From Acidimicrobiales bacterium (GTDB lineage Bacteria > Patescibacteriota > Minisyncoccia > Phycocordibacterales > UBA918): a stretch of DNA of 64,000 nt. Location of the stretch: the NCBI GenBank assembly GCA_047638595.1, contig JBLIMJ010000002.1, positions 640-64,639 on the forward strand, read 5' to 3'. Position numbers and translations under genes: made by a program. This document shows, in pieces, positions 18,804 through 28,544 of the stretch. Numbering within the stretch: the stretch's first letter is position 1; every line of letters begins with the position of its first letter. Below the pieces are notes generated by a model that did no database searches, was not told the DNA's origin, and saw nothing but the letters and a program-made list of their open reading frames with translations.

Positions 18804-20993
18804 TTATTCTTCTGTTTCTTCGGTCTTAATGCCTCTCGCTGCTTTAATTTCGGCAGCGACATTTGGTGGTACTACTTCGTAGTGGTCAAATTCCATAGTC
18901 ATTGAGGCGCGTCCTTGTGTCATAGATCGTAGTGAGTTTGTGTATCCGAACATTTCAGAGAGTGGTACTTTCGCATTTACGATAGTCTTTCCTCCGAGTT
19001 CTTCAGAACCTTCAACCTGTCCACGCTTAGAAGAAATGTTTCCATTTACGTCTCCTAAGTATTCTTCTGGTGTTCGTACTTCAACCTTCATCACCGGTTC
19101 AAGGAGTACTGCGCTTGCACGCTTGGAAGCTTCTTTAAATGCATTGATTCCTGCAAGTTTGAAGGCGATTTCACTTGAGTCCACGTCATGGTATGAACCA
19201 TCGTAAAGCTCAATTGATACATCTTCCATCTTGTATCCAGCAACCTGCCCTCTCGCCATAGCTTCCTTACACCCTTTCATTACTGGAACAATGTATTCCT
19301 GTGGAATCACACCTCCCTTAATACTATTGATGAATTCGAAATGGTCTTCTCGCGTTACATTCTTTGCAAGCTTCTTTGGTTCACCATCCTCATCTAACTC
19401 TAGTGCTTCAAGCGGCTTGATTCGAATCTTCACGTGACCGTATTGCCCACGTCCACCTGACTGCTTGATGTACTTGTGTTCTGCTTCGGCCTCTCGTTGG
19501 ATTGTTTCTCGGTATGCTACTTGTGGCTTACCAATATCCGCTTCAACACCAAACTCTCGTTTCATTCGGTCAACAAGAATGTCGAGGTGAAGCTCACCCA
19601 TACCAGCAATAATAGTTTCAAGTGTTTCAGGATCAGAAGATACCTTAAATGTAGGGTCTTCATCAGAAAGTCGTTTAAGTGCCATTCCCATTTTTTCCTG
19701 GTCTTGCTTTGTTTTAGGCTCTACACGCACTGCAACCACTGGTTCAGGGAACGTAATAGTTTCAAGGAGCATCGGTGCATCCACATCACAAAGTGTATGT
19801 GAAGTTTTTACTTCTTTAATTCCTACCGCTGCAGCAATCTCTCCTGCGTACACTTCATCCACCTCTTCTCGTTTGTCTGCCATAAGTCGTACGATTCGTC
19901 CTACTCGTTCTTTGTTTCCAGTAGATGAGTTCATGATGTATGTCCCAGACTTCATCGTACCTGAATACACACGGAAGAATGCAAGTTGCCCCACAAACTT
20001 ATCGTCTTGTAGTTTGAACACAAGAGCGCTCAATGGTTCATCATCAGAAGGTTTCCGTGTGATGACAGTTTCTTCATCTTTGATGTCAGTTCCTTGAATA
20101 TCAGGAAGATCAAGTGGAGACGGGAGGTAGTCAACCACAGCATCAAGTACAAGTTGTACACCGATGTTCTGCAATGCAGTACCGGCCATAACAGGGAAGA
20201 TTTCATTTGCGAGCACCGCAACACGAAGTACTCGTTTCAAGTCTTCGTTTGAAGGTTCATTTCCTTCAAGAAAAGCTTCCATAAGCGCATCATCATGCTC
20301 CACAACTCGTTCAACAAGTTCCGCTCGACGTGCTACTGCTTCTGCAACAAACTCTTCAGGAATGTCCGCTTCAGTAACATCTGTTCCCATTTCTCCTGAA
20401 AAAGAGTACGATTTCATAGTGATAAGGTCTACCACTCCACGCATGTCATTTTCTGCCCCCATAGGAATCTGGATTCGGCACGCTTTCTTTGAAAGACGTT
20501 CTTCGATAGATTTAACCGCAGCATCGTAGTCAGCTCCCATTTTGTCCATCTTGTTTACAAAACAGATTCGTGGCACTGCAGCTTCGTCAGCATACCCCCA
20601 GTTTGTTTCAGTCTGTGGCTCTACACCAGCAGCACCATCAAATACCACAACCGCACCATCAAGTACACGCATAGAACGCTTTACCTCTGCAGTAAAGTCG
20701 ATGTGACCTGGAGTATCAATAATGTTAAAGGTGAACTTTTTATCGTTATTGTCTCGATCTGTTTCTAGTGTTTTTGACCAGTTACAAGAAATAGCAGCAG
20801 AAGTAATAGTAATACCACGCTCTCGTTCTTGGTCCATCCAGTCAGTGACTGTTTCACCGTCGTGAACTTCACCAATCTTATGACTCATTCCTGTATAGAA
20901 AAGAATTCGTTCAGATGTAGTTGTTTTACCAGCATCAACGTGCGCAACAATACCGAAGTTACGTAGTCGATCTAGTGGAAATGCTCGTGCCAT
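18804..20993 (-). CDS. fusA: elongation factor G
   Basis: AHVDAGKTT, DTPGHIDF, GMGELHL, SYHDVDSSE. Confidence 0.99.
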   Translation of the reverse strand: MARAFPLDRLRNFGIVAHVDAGKTTTSERILFYTGMSHKIGEVHDGETVTDWMDQERERGITITSAAISCNWSKTLETDRDNNDKKFTFNIIDTPGHIDFTAEVKRSMRVLDGAVVVFDGAAGVEPQTETNWGYADEAAVPRICFVNKMDKMGADYDAAVKSIEERLSKKACRIQIPMGAENDMRGVVDLITMKSYSFSGEMGTDVTEADIPEEFVAEAVARRAELVERVVEHDDALMEAFLEGNEPSNEDLKRVLRVAVLANEIFPVMAGTALQNIGVQLVLDAVVDYLPSPLDLPDIQGTDIKDEETVITRKPSDDEPLSALVFKLQDDKFVGQLAFFRVYSGTMKSGTYIMNSSTGNKERVGRIVRLMADKREEVDEVYAGEIAAAVGIKEVKTSHTLCDVDAPMLLETITFPEPVVAVRVEPKTKQDQEKMGMALKRLSDEDPTFKVSSDPETLETIIAGMGELHLDILVDRMKREFGVEADIGKPQVAYRETIQREAEAEHKYIKQSGGRGQYGHVKIRIKPLEALELDEDGEPKKLAKNVTREDHFEFINSIKGGVIPQEYIVPVMKGCKEAMARGQVAGYKMEDVSIELYDGSYHDVDSSEIAFKLAGINAFKEASKRASAVLLEPVMKVEVRTPEEYLGDVNGNISSKRGQVEGSEELGGKTIVNAKVPLSEMFGYTNSLRSMTQGRASMTMEFDHYEVVPPNVAAEIKAARGIKTEETEE

Positions 20994-21124
20994 AATAATG
21001 TTAAATATGTGTGTAAATAATAAATCACGTAAAAAATAACTCTTACGCGCCTCCCTTCACCTTTTCATATACATATATATGTATTTCGTCGGAGAAAGTA
21101 ATTGTCCAAGGACAAAGTGCGAGT

Positions 21125-21153
21125 ACTATACGGCATTTATCCCATTTAAGCAA
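21125..21153 (-). promoter_or_regulatory. sigma70-like promoter upstream of fusA
   Basis: minus strand TTGCTT-17 nt-TATAGT. Confidence 0.5.
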
Positions 21154-21248
21154 CGAAATAATACCCTTAAATGACCACTTAAAGCGAAGCTTTTAAGTGG
21201 TCAATTATGTGCAACATACATCCCAATACCTTTGGTTTAGGATGAATA

Positions 21249-21277
21249 TTGACTTTTATACTAAAATATGATATAAT
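21249..21277 (+). promoter_or_regulatory. near-consensus sigma70 promoter
   Basis: TTGACT-17 nt-TATAAT with TG extension. Confidence 0.7.
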
Positions 21278-21338
21278 ACAAATAGGTTAAGGGAACGAAT
21301 ATTCACTTCGTTTTCACCCCGAGCAACAGGAGATCATC

Positions 21339-21779
21339 ATGATTCGCTCAATTGTACTTTCTATCACTATCTTCCTTGGCCTGTCTGGCCAGACTTACGC
21401 ACAGAGCATATCTGAAGCAGACATGGAAACGTCTTTCAACACCGGAAAGATGGTCGACAGCCGTATCGTCGATCAAGAATTTACTCGCATTGGTGGCACG
21501 GTGCCGCTCATGCTGGTCATGTTCGAAGATCCGAACGTAGCAGAACTCGAAAAGCTTTGTCTCGATGTCTGCATTTTTGAATTCACTGCCGTTGAGGGCG
21601 ATATGATGCTATCAGGCATCAAGGCAAATCCCGACGACATGCTGGATCTTCACATCTACAAAGCGTACATGGCCCTGCGTCACGTCGAGGCTCATGACAC
21701 AGGTAGTTTTTTCCACCAAGTGAGGAAGATTGCGAGGGGAAACCCTAGCATCCTTGTCGTGCGAGAGCCAAACAGCTAA
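21339..21779 (+). CDS. secreted hypothetical protein
   Basis: signal peptide ending TYA; AGGAG SD. Confidence 0.7.
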   Translation: MIRSIVLSITIFLGLSGQTYAQSISEADMETSFNTGKMVDSRIVDQEFTRIGGTVPLMLVMFEDPNVAELEKLCLDVCIFEFTAVEGDMMLSGIKANPDDMLDLHIYKAYMALRHVEAHDTGSFFHQVRKIARGNPSILVVREPNS

Positions 21780-21933
21780 ATAATTGACAGGGCGGCCAGC
21801 GGCCGTTCTGTCACAACACGCGCTGTGTTTTCTAAAAAGAAAACCTCTGCGTGTTTTCTTTTAGATATGACATCGCATACCTTGACTTTATATAAAAATA
21901 TGTTATTGTATTCTTCTCAAATAGAGAAACGTT

Positions 21934-22512
21934 ATGAAACACATCATCAATCCCTTCACTTATTTACGTGAGGCATACACAGCTGCCCTCCAATCCTTTG
22001 AGTCAGAAGTTTCTCGAAGTTTTGCAGTGACTGCAACAGTGCTTATCCCTGTTTTTGTCGTACTCTTATTCTCTTCAACACTCACTAGTGCCGCACTCTA
22101 TGTATTCCCTGCGAAAACCGTAGACATCCAAGCGATACAAATTGATGTAAATACAGTTGAAATTACCCTCCAAGGTAATCAAACACTTTTAAATGCTGCA
22201 GAAGTAGAGTTTTATTTTGACCCGACATACGTACATGTATATGACGTGAGGCTATCGGAAAGCCTTTGCGAAGAACAATTTATCATTACAAAAGAAGTCG
22301 ACAACATTACTGGTCGTATCTTCTACCAGTGTGGGACAGTGACTCCATTTGCGGGACAAGATACAACCATTGCAACACTGAAAGTTATTCCGCTAAAAGT
22401 TGGTACTTCACCACTTTCATTTGGAAGCAATACAAACGTACTTGCACATGACGGATATGGCTCAAACGTCACCAAAGATCGTCTTGCAAGCATCTTCCAG
22501 TTCTCTGACTAA
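21934..22512 (+). CDS. membrane-anchored cohesin-like beta-sandwich protein
   Basis: N-terminal TM; LNAAE..FYFDP, IATL, VLAHDGYG pattern seen in CPR cohesin-domain proteins. Confidence 0.6.
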   Translation: MKHIINPFTYLREAYTAALQSFESEVSRSFAVTATVLIPVFVVLLFSSTLTSAALYVFPAKTVDIQAIQIDVNTVEITLQGNQTLLNAAEVEFYFDPTYVHVYDVRLSESLCEEQFIITKEVDNITGRIFYQCGTVTPFAGQDTTIATLKVIPLKVGTSPLSFGSNTNVLAHDGYGSNVTKDRLASIFQFSD

Positions 22513-22686
22513 AGAAAGCATGCAAAAACTTAAACACGTAACGGATTGCTCCGTTACGTGTTTTTTGACATCAGAAGCTTTTATTACTAGTCACAGCAAT
22601 CATCCATTCTCTGAAGTAACCAAGGTAAGATATATAAATGAGGAGTTGATGCTCCAATAAGTTCATCAAACCTGGGAGGTTTTATA

Positions 22687-23073
22687 ATGCGACATATACT
22701 TACTGCCCTTTGCTTAATGACATTTTCGTTTAGCCAGGCACACGCTGGCTCTGTGGATGAAGAATACATTTGGCTGCCAAAGGAACATACTGTGTGCATG
22801 ACACTCACTGGTCTTGAAGACACAGTCACGGAAGTGAGTTTTGCTGATTGCGGTACCATACCGTACGAAATGCGATTTAGGGTTGCGAACAAAACTGATG
22901 GGAATAATGGATTCAAACTTCTGAGTCTGGAATATATTTTTGTCGCCATTACCGAAGATGGCACAAGTATCGCATCAACAGAGATTCAAGTTCTGTACAG
23001 CATGGATCCACAACCAACTGATGATACAAGCGTATCAAAAGTATTTGTTGGTACCAAAAATATAAATCCTTAA
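22687..23073 (+). CDS. secreted hypothetical protein
   Basis: signal peptide (AHA); GGAGG SD. Confidence 0.65.
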   Translation: MRHILTALCLMTFSFSQAHAGSVDEEYIWLPKEHTVCMTLTGLEDTVTEVSFADCGTIPYEMRFRVANKTDGNNGFKLLSLEYIFVAITEDGTSIASTEIQVLYSMDPQPTDDTSVSKVFVGTKNINP

Positions 23074-23206
23074 ACACGGAAGTGACCAAAGTAAAAATGA
23101 ATTTTTACTTTGGTCACTTCCCCTCCGCGCTTAAGCGCGGTTTTTGTTTGAAAGAAATATCCCTCTCCTCCCGTATAATGAAAGTAATACTTAGTAACAA
23201 TTCTTT

Positions 23207-25288
23207 ATGAAGCAGAGCTTATACGACATAGTAGTAATCGGCGCAGGCTCAGGAGGTCTTACTACCGCAGTTGGTTTTTCCAAAGTTGGAAAGAAAGTTC
23301 TTCTTGTGGAACGTGAACATATCGGTGGAGAGTGCACTAACTCAGGGTGTATTCCAAGTAAAGCGCTTCTGCATCATGCGAAGAGTTATCATGCTGCCAA
23401 ACAGATTTCAGGACAGAGTAAAGAAGGTGAAACCTACCGTACAGAAGCATTCAACTACGTGCGAGACAAAGTAAATAGTATCCTTGAAGAAGAAACGCCT
23501 GAAACATTTGAAAAACTGGGTATTGATGTAGTCATGGGGGAAGCCGTGTTTCATACAAAGTGTTCAATCAAGGTAAATGGCACAACCTACGGGTATAAAA
23601 AAGCTATCATCGCCACCGGCTCCTCCCCACAAATGATCAAAGTCGAAGGACTTAAGACATCGGATGTCTTAAGTAATCAAAATATCTTTGAGTTGGACGA
23701 TGTGCCGAAGAAACTCCTTATCATCGGTTCAGGACCAATCGGAATGGAGATGGGGCAAGCTTTTGCAATGCTCGGAAGTAAGGTGACTATTGCAAGTATC
23801 GATAGTCGTTTCGCACGACTTGAAGATGATTCTATTTCACCAATCATTCAAGCTGAGTTTGAAAAACTTGGTATAGATATTCATCTTAATGCATTTATTC
23901 AAAAGGTGGAAAGTGACGAGGCTGTTTTCGAGCTGAAAGAGAACGATGAAGTAACTGGTGAAGTTACAGTGCCATTCGATAAAGTACTTATCGCCATCGG
24001 CCGAGTGCCGAACCTCCCAGAAGGCTTGGAGATTGCTGGAATCAAGTCAGAGTCGTACGGTATAGTCGTCGACAAGCAACACCGTACCAGCAATAAACAT
24101 GTCTATGCGGTAGGTGACGTCGCGCAGAAACTGAAATTCACTCACACTGCTGACGACATTGGGAGACAGGTGGTCATGCATGTCCTTAGTAAAGGATGGG
24201 TACGTTTAAATACTAAAAAAGCAGTACCTAAAGTTACCTACACAAAACCCGAGATGGCCCAAGTCGGTCTTTCTCACACAGCAGCGTTAGAAAAATATTC
24301 TGCGCAAGAAATAATGCGTATCGAAGTACCGTACACAGCAAACCATCGCGCAAACACCGACAATGAGACTGATGGTCTAATGATTGTCATCGCACGGCGA
24401 TTGAATGGTGCCGTACTTGGAGCACATATCATCGGCGTATCTTCCGGAGAAATGATTTCTGTTTTTACACTCGCTATCGACCGCAAGATTTCCATGTGGC
24501 AACTACGGCGAATTATCTTCGCCTACCCTACCTACTGCCTTCTGATTAAAAAAGCAGGTGACTATTTCTTTGCACAACAAATTGCATCACTGAAAAATGA
24601 TTTATTATATCAATTCAAAAAACATGCACCAAAAATAATTGCACTCATCTTTTGGGGAACTATCCTCTATACATTCCAACAGTATCGAATCGATAACAAT
24701 CTTTCATATCAAGCCATACTATTGCAAGGGCTTCACTTCTTTACGAGCACCATGTACGGACCGTTGGTATACATGGGACTCTACGCCATTCGTCCAATCA
24801 TCCTCTTCCCTGCAACACTTCTCACCGCACTCTCTGGGGCACTGTTTGGTTTCTGGTGGGGTATCGCGTACACCATCTTGGGAGAAAATGCTTCCGCAAA
24901 CTTCGCATACTGGATTGGTCGTTTCTTCGGCAAAGACTTACGCCTTGAAGACTCACTCATTGGCAACTGGGTAGAAGCACTACGAAAAAATGGTTTTGGG
25001 ACAGTGCTCCTTATGCGTCTTTTTTATGTGCCATTTGATCTGACTAACTATGGTTCTGGTATTGTGAAAGTGAAATGGAGTAAATATGCATTAGCAACTG
25101 TCATCGGCATCATGCCAGGACTCACAACCTTTGTTGCACTTGGTGCTGCTGTCGATATAGAAGAGTTTCAAATGAATGGTCTCACCTTCGATGCCCTTGA
25201 CCCAAAATTCCTCGCTCTTTCAGCAACAATATTCATCGTTTCGTTGCTACTTTCAAAATTCTTAAAGTATTGGAGAGCAAAACTATAA
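23207..25288 (+). CDS. flavoprotein disulfide reductase (MerA/LpdA-like) fused to a C-terminal DedA/TVP38 membrane domain
   Basis: GAGSGG, GGECTNSGCIPSK, GSGPIGME, YAVGDV; C-terminal LLMRLFYVPFDLTNY...GIMPG. Confidence 0.9.
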   Translation: MKQSLYDIVVIGAGSGGLTTAVGFSKVGKKVLLVEREHIGGECTNSGCIPSKALLHHAKSYHAAKQISGQSKEGETYRTEAFNYVRDKVNSILEEETPETFEKLGIDVVMGEAVFHTKCSIKVNGTTYGYKKAIIATGSSPQMIKVEGLKTSDVLSNQNIFELDDVPKKLLIIGSGPIGMEMGQAFAMLGSKVTIASIDSRFARLEDDSISPIIQAEFEKLGIDIHLNAFIQKVESDEAVFELKENDEVTGEVTVPFDKVLIAIGRVPNLPEGLEIAGIKSESYGIVVDKQHRTSNKHVYAVGDVAQKLKFTHTADDIGRQVVMHVLSKGWVRLNTKKAVPKVTYTKPEMAQVGLSHTAALEKYSAQEIMRIEVPYTANHRANTDNETDGLMIVIARRLNGAVLGAHIIGVSSGEMISVFTLAIDRKISMWQLRRIIFAYPTYCLLIKKAGDYFFAQQIASLKNDLLYQFKKHAPKIIALIFWGTILYTFQQYRIDNNLSYQAILLQGLHFFTSTMYGPLVYMGLYAIRPIILFPATLLTALSGALFGFWWGIAYTILGENASANFAYWIGRFFGKDLRLEDSLIGNWVEALRKNGFGTVLLMRLFYVPFDLTNYGSGIVKVKWSKYALATVIGIMPGLTTFVALGAAVDIEEFQMNGLTFDALDPKFLALSATIFIVSLLLSKFLKYWRAKL

Positions 25289-25352
25289 ACACAACATATA
25301 CCATAAAGGACGGAGAACACATCTCCGTCCTTTATTTTCAGAAACTGCTCAA

Positions 25353-25715
25353 TTAAGCAACTGGCCAGACTTTCCCTGAAATAACCCAAAAAGTACCTCC
25401 GATAATTCCTAGGATTAATATAAAACCTATAACTGCAAGTGTTATTCCTAAAACACTATGCTTTCTTTTTTTAGGTTCAGACTGTGCACTTTTAATGTCA
25501 CCTCCCTCAACAGTTTTTTCTGCTTCATTTTCTGTCTGTGCAGGTGCAGAGGTATCGGCCTCTACAGCAAAATCGTTACACGCTGTATACACGAGTTTAA
25601 TTTCTTCATCGGAATAGCCGGCTTCATGAAGTTCAGCTTGTATTTTTTCGTACGGGTATCCTATTTCGATACGTTCACGTACAGCATTTAATAATTGTGG
25701 ATCCAAGTCATTCAT
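25353..25715 (-). CDS. hypothetical protein with C-terminal TM helix
   Basis: 120 aa; G.....I...L...GY motif common in CPR proteins. Confidence 0.6.
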   Translation of the reverse strand: MNDLDPQLLNAVRERIEIGYPYEKIQAELHEAGYSDEEIKLVYTACNDFAVEADTSAPAQTENEAEKTVEGGDIKSAQSEPKKRKHSVLGITLAVIGFILILGIIGGTFWVISGKVWPVA

Positions 25716-25924
25716 ATCTAATATTATGCCACACTAATGTACTGAGCTTCTATTTTATAAACAGAAACATAACCATCTAATCCTCAATGACAATTCTTTC
25801 TCGTTTTTCATCGACACTCTATTATTCTTCATAGCACTCAAGCCTGGGCAGACAGGCTATAATCCTTGACAATATTCATTTTGATTATATATTAGATTTG
25901 GAAGTATCATAGAAAGGAACTCCG

Positions 25925-26524
25925 ATGGGAACAGATCACAGCAACAGACCAAACATTCTCGACAACTTGATGGATCGCAGGACAATTGTGCTTGCCGATA
26001 AGATTACAAGTAAATCAATCGGCGAGATCTGCAATCAAATTCTGACTTTGCAGACAATCTCAAATGATGAAATATTTCTAATCATCCAAAGTGGTGGTGG
26101 TAATACGCACTCAGCACTGACCATGTGCGATATGATGACACATCTCATCACTGCACCGATTACTGGTATTGCACTTGGTGATTGCCACTCGGCTGCAACT
26201 TTCATCATGTTACATTGCGATACACGTATCGCTTTACCGCATGCAAAATTCATTATCCATTCTGGCACAATTAGTGGCGTCTCAACCCGCATGGATGATG
26301 CCGCGGAAGAAGAAGTGAAACATCTTCTTCAAGACATCCAGAGAACCTCAAAGGAGGTTGTGAAGGTTTATATGGATAGGCTTGGCAAAAGTAAGGCCCA
26401 AGTCGAAGCAATCATTGCTCGAGGTGACCAATCCTTCGACAACGCCCTTTCTGCAGAAGATGCCATGAAAATTGGTCTTGTTCAAAAAATCCAGACGGGG
26501 AAACTTCCCATATTTGGTAAATGA
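25925..26524 (+). CDS. ClpP-family protease paralogue
   Basis: IQSGGG, DCHSAAT (Ser), IIHSG (His), LSAEDAMKIGLV. Confidence 0.85.
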   Translation: MGTDHSNRPNILDNLMDRRTIVLADKITSKSIGEICNQILTLQTISNDEIFLIIQSGGGNTHSALTMCDMMTHLITAPITGIALGDCHSAATFIMLHCDTRIALPHAKFIIHSGTISGVSTRMDDAAEEEVKHLLQDIQRTSKEVVKVYMDRLGKSKAQVEAIIARGDQSFDNALSAEDAMKIGLVQKIQTGKLPIFGK

Positions 26525-26702
26525 TTCTACCGAGGATTGAGAATCCCGCGTTAAAGGCGGGGTTTTTTCTTTTCCCTATCAAAGATACTAAAAGGATTGG
26601 GATTTATGCATACGTTTAGAAAATCATATAAGCACAATACATAATATCTCAAATACCTATCATACGATTAATCGTATGATAGGTATTTGTCTTTAAATAT
26701 CT

Positions 26703-26888
26703 TTACCCTACCCAATCTTCAATGACAATTCTTTTTCGTTTTTCATCGACGGTAATCTGCAGCTTTTGTTTTGACTGCCAGCGAAATAGACGCACTGCTT
26801 CTAAGGGGAGTGTGACGCTATAACTTTTTCCATTTGAAATTTTATTTAAAGACCGCACATTCTCTTCCCCTACCTTTCTTCGCGCCAT
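26703..26888 (-). CDS. AbrB/MazE-like small DNA-binding protein
   Basis: RSLNK..GKSYSVTLP. Confidence 0.7.
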   Translation of the reverse strand: MARRKVGEENVRSLNKISNGKSYSVTLPLEAVRLFRWQSKQKLQITVDEKRKRIVIEDWVG

Positions 26889-27127
26889 AATAGTTTCATT
26901 ACACTTAATACATACATAGTATACCGTATCTTATAGAGAATCCTTGCTTTTATCCTTGTATTAAAGCAAGGATTCTTCTTAATATGATGACACATGTAGT
27001 TGTAAAAATATCAAGAGTGCTCTTTTGGCTATCACCAGGAGCTTGCTGAATACAAACCAAATACAAGAAACTGACCAACGGACCAGACAAAAAGGCGCGC
27101 AAGGAATCTTGCGCGCCTTATCTATAT

Positions 27128-27196
27128 CTACACCTGTGCCTTCTTGTCTTTCTTCGGTTTTTTTACTTCTTTTTTCCGGTCGTTGCCTTTTGCCAT
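27128..27196 (-). CDS. 22 aa very basic small protein MAKGNDRKKEVKKPKKDKKAQV
   Basis: hand-translated; AT-rich leader like core genes; hairpin just downstream. Confidence 0.5.
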   Translation of the reverse strand: MAKGNDRKKEVKKPKKDKKAQV

Positions 27197-27716
27197 ATTT
27201 AATTAATTATTTTTTACTTTGATAAGTATACTGCATCGGTGTTTCCAACAATTTCTCCTAGGAAAGGGAGGAATTGGGAAGAAAATTCACAATATGTCTT
27301 CCAGACATTTGCTCATTTCTCTTTTGTCATAACGTTGTACTTAGTACTAATAATGTATTCCCACTATTCTACTATAAATTTTTACATTATAAAATTAAGT
27401 TGTTTTCAGAAGTTCTTCAGACACCACATCCACTTCTCCAACACAGGTCTGAATCAGATATCCTGTTCTTTATCAAAAGTAATAACCTTCGCACAAAATC
27501 TATATTCTGTGCATTTAAAAACTGTAGTGTACGATAAGCATTACCTGAGTCTCAACCGCTATCCCTATCTCCACGACCGAGATGTGCTATGTATTTTTAT
27601 ATCTTCATTTTCTATAAGATACACATCGTGATTATGACCATGTTTAATAAGCGTTATTTTAAGTTTAAGAAATATCCCGCCTGGGATATAAAAGTATTGA
27701 GTTTATTCTCCGCAAT

Positions 27717-28136
27717 CTATAGCTTACATTCTCCTCGTGTATATGAAACGACACTACCTTGCGCACATGCACTACATGCATTGCCAAAAGTTTTTGGTAT
27801 CGGGTCACAGGGGGTGTTAACACATTGAACCTCCAGAAAACCACACACAGGTGCATACTCCATAGTGCACATCTCTGCACGTTTTTGTTTATCCGTGCAA
27901 ACAACCCCAAAAGTATCTGTCTTTACAGGAGGAATCTTATCATCGGTAACAATATCAATATCCTCAACGAGTGTTGAGGTTGAGTTGGGTGCTGATGCCG
28001 GGGTTGAAGTTGAAATTGGTTCCAGTATGGAATCTGGGGATGGCATCGAGGCTGGAGATGGTGCGAAAAAGATGACTGCCAATAGTGTCAGAAAAATACC
28101 TAACACAACAATTTTCTGTAGATTTTCCATATGCAC
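27717..28136 (-). CDS. membrane-anchored protein with Kazal-like Cys domain
   Basis: N-terminal TM, Ser/Pro/Thr linker, CTMEYAPVCG...TFGNACSAC...GEC. Confidence 0.75.
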   Translation of the reverse strand: MHMENLQKIVVLGIFLTLLAVIFFAPSPASMPSPDSILEPISTSTPASAPNSTSTLVEDIDIVTDDKIPPVKTDTFGVVCTDKQKRAEMCTMEYAPVCGFLEVQCVNTPCDPIPKTFGNACSACAQGSVVSYTRGECKL

Positions 28137-28257
28137 AAATTATCCTCTTTTATTTTAAAAAAGCAACATGCAAAAAGGCCACAGAAATTCCGTGACCTTC
28201 TACCTAAATCGCAAATTATTAAAATTTAAAATTTAATGTGACGCAAAATAGCATCAT

Positions 28258-28362
28258 TTATCGATAGCCTACCTCAGCTTCAATACAAGCTGTTCTGGTG
28301 AAATACACCATACCGTAACTATCTACATAATATACTTTTTGGTTAATAATCCTTGTGGTCAT
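28258..28362 (-). CDS. possible 34 aa small protein
   Basis: MTTRIINQKVYYVDSYGMVYFTRTACIEAEVGYR preceded by AAGGAG. Confidence 0.35.
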   Translation of the reverse strand: MTTRIINQKVYYVDSYGMVYFTRTACIEAEVGYR

Positions 28363-28544
28363 CTTGACTCCTTATATAGTTTGAATTATAGAAAGCCAAG
28401 GGAATCATTCCCCTATAATGAACTTTCTACTTCCTACATTACCTCTATTATTTATTTTTATCAAGCAAAACTCGTGTCAAGGGGAACCCGTGACACTCTG
28501 ATAGACAACTCAGGATGCTCTCTAGATGGATCTTGTACAGGGTG

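Noticed and set aside
23207-25288. True mercuric reductase / mer operon
   Set aside because: No C-terminal Cys-Cys pair and no mer genes nearby.
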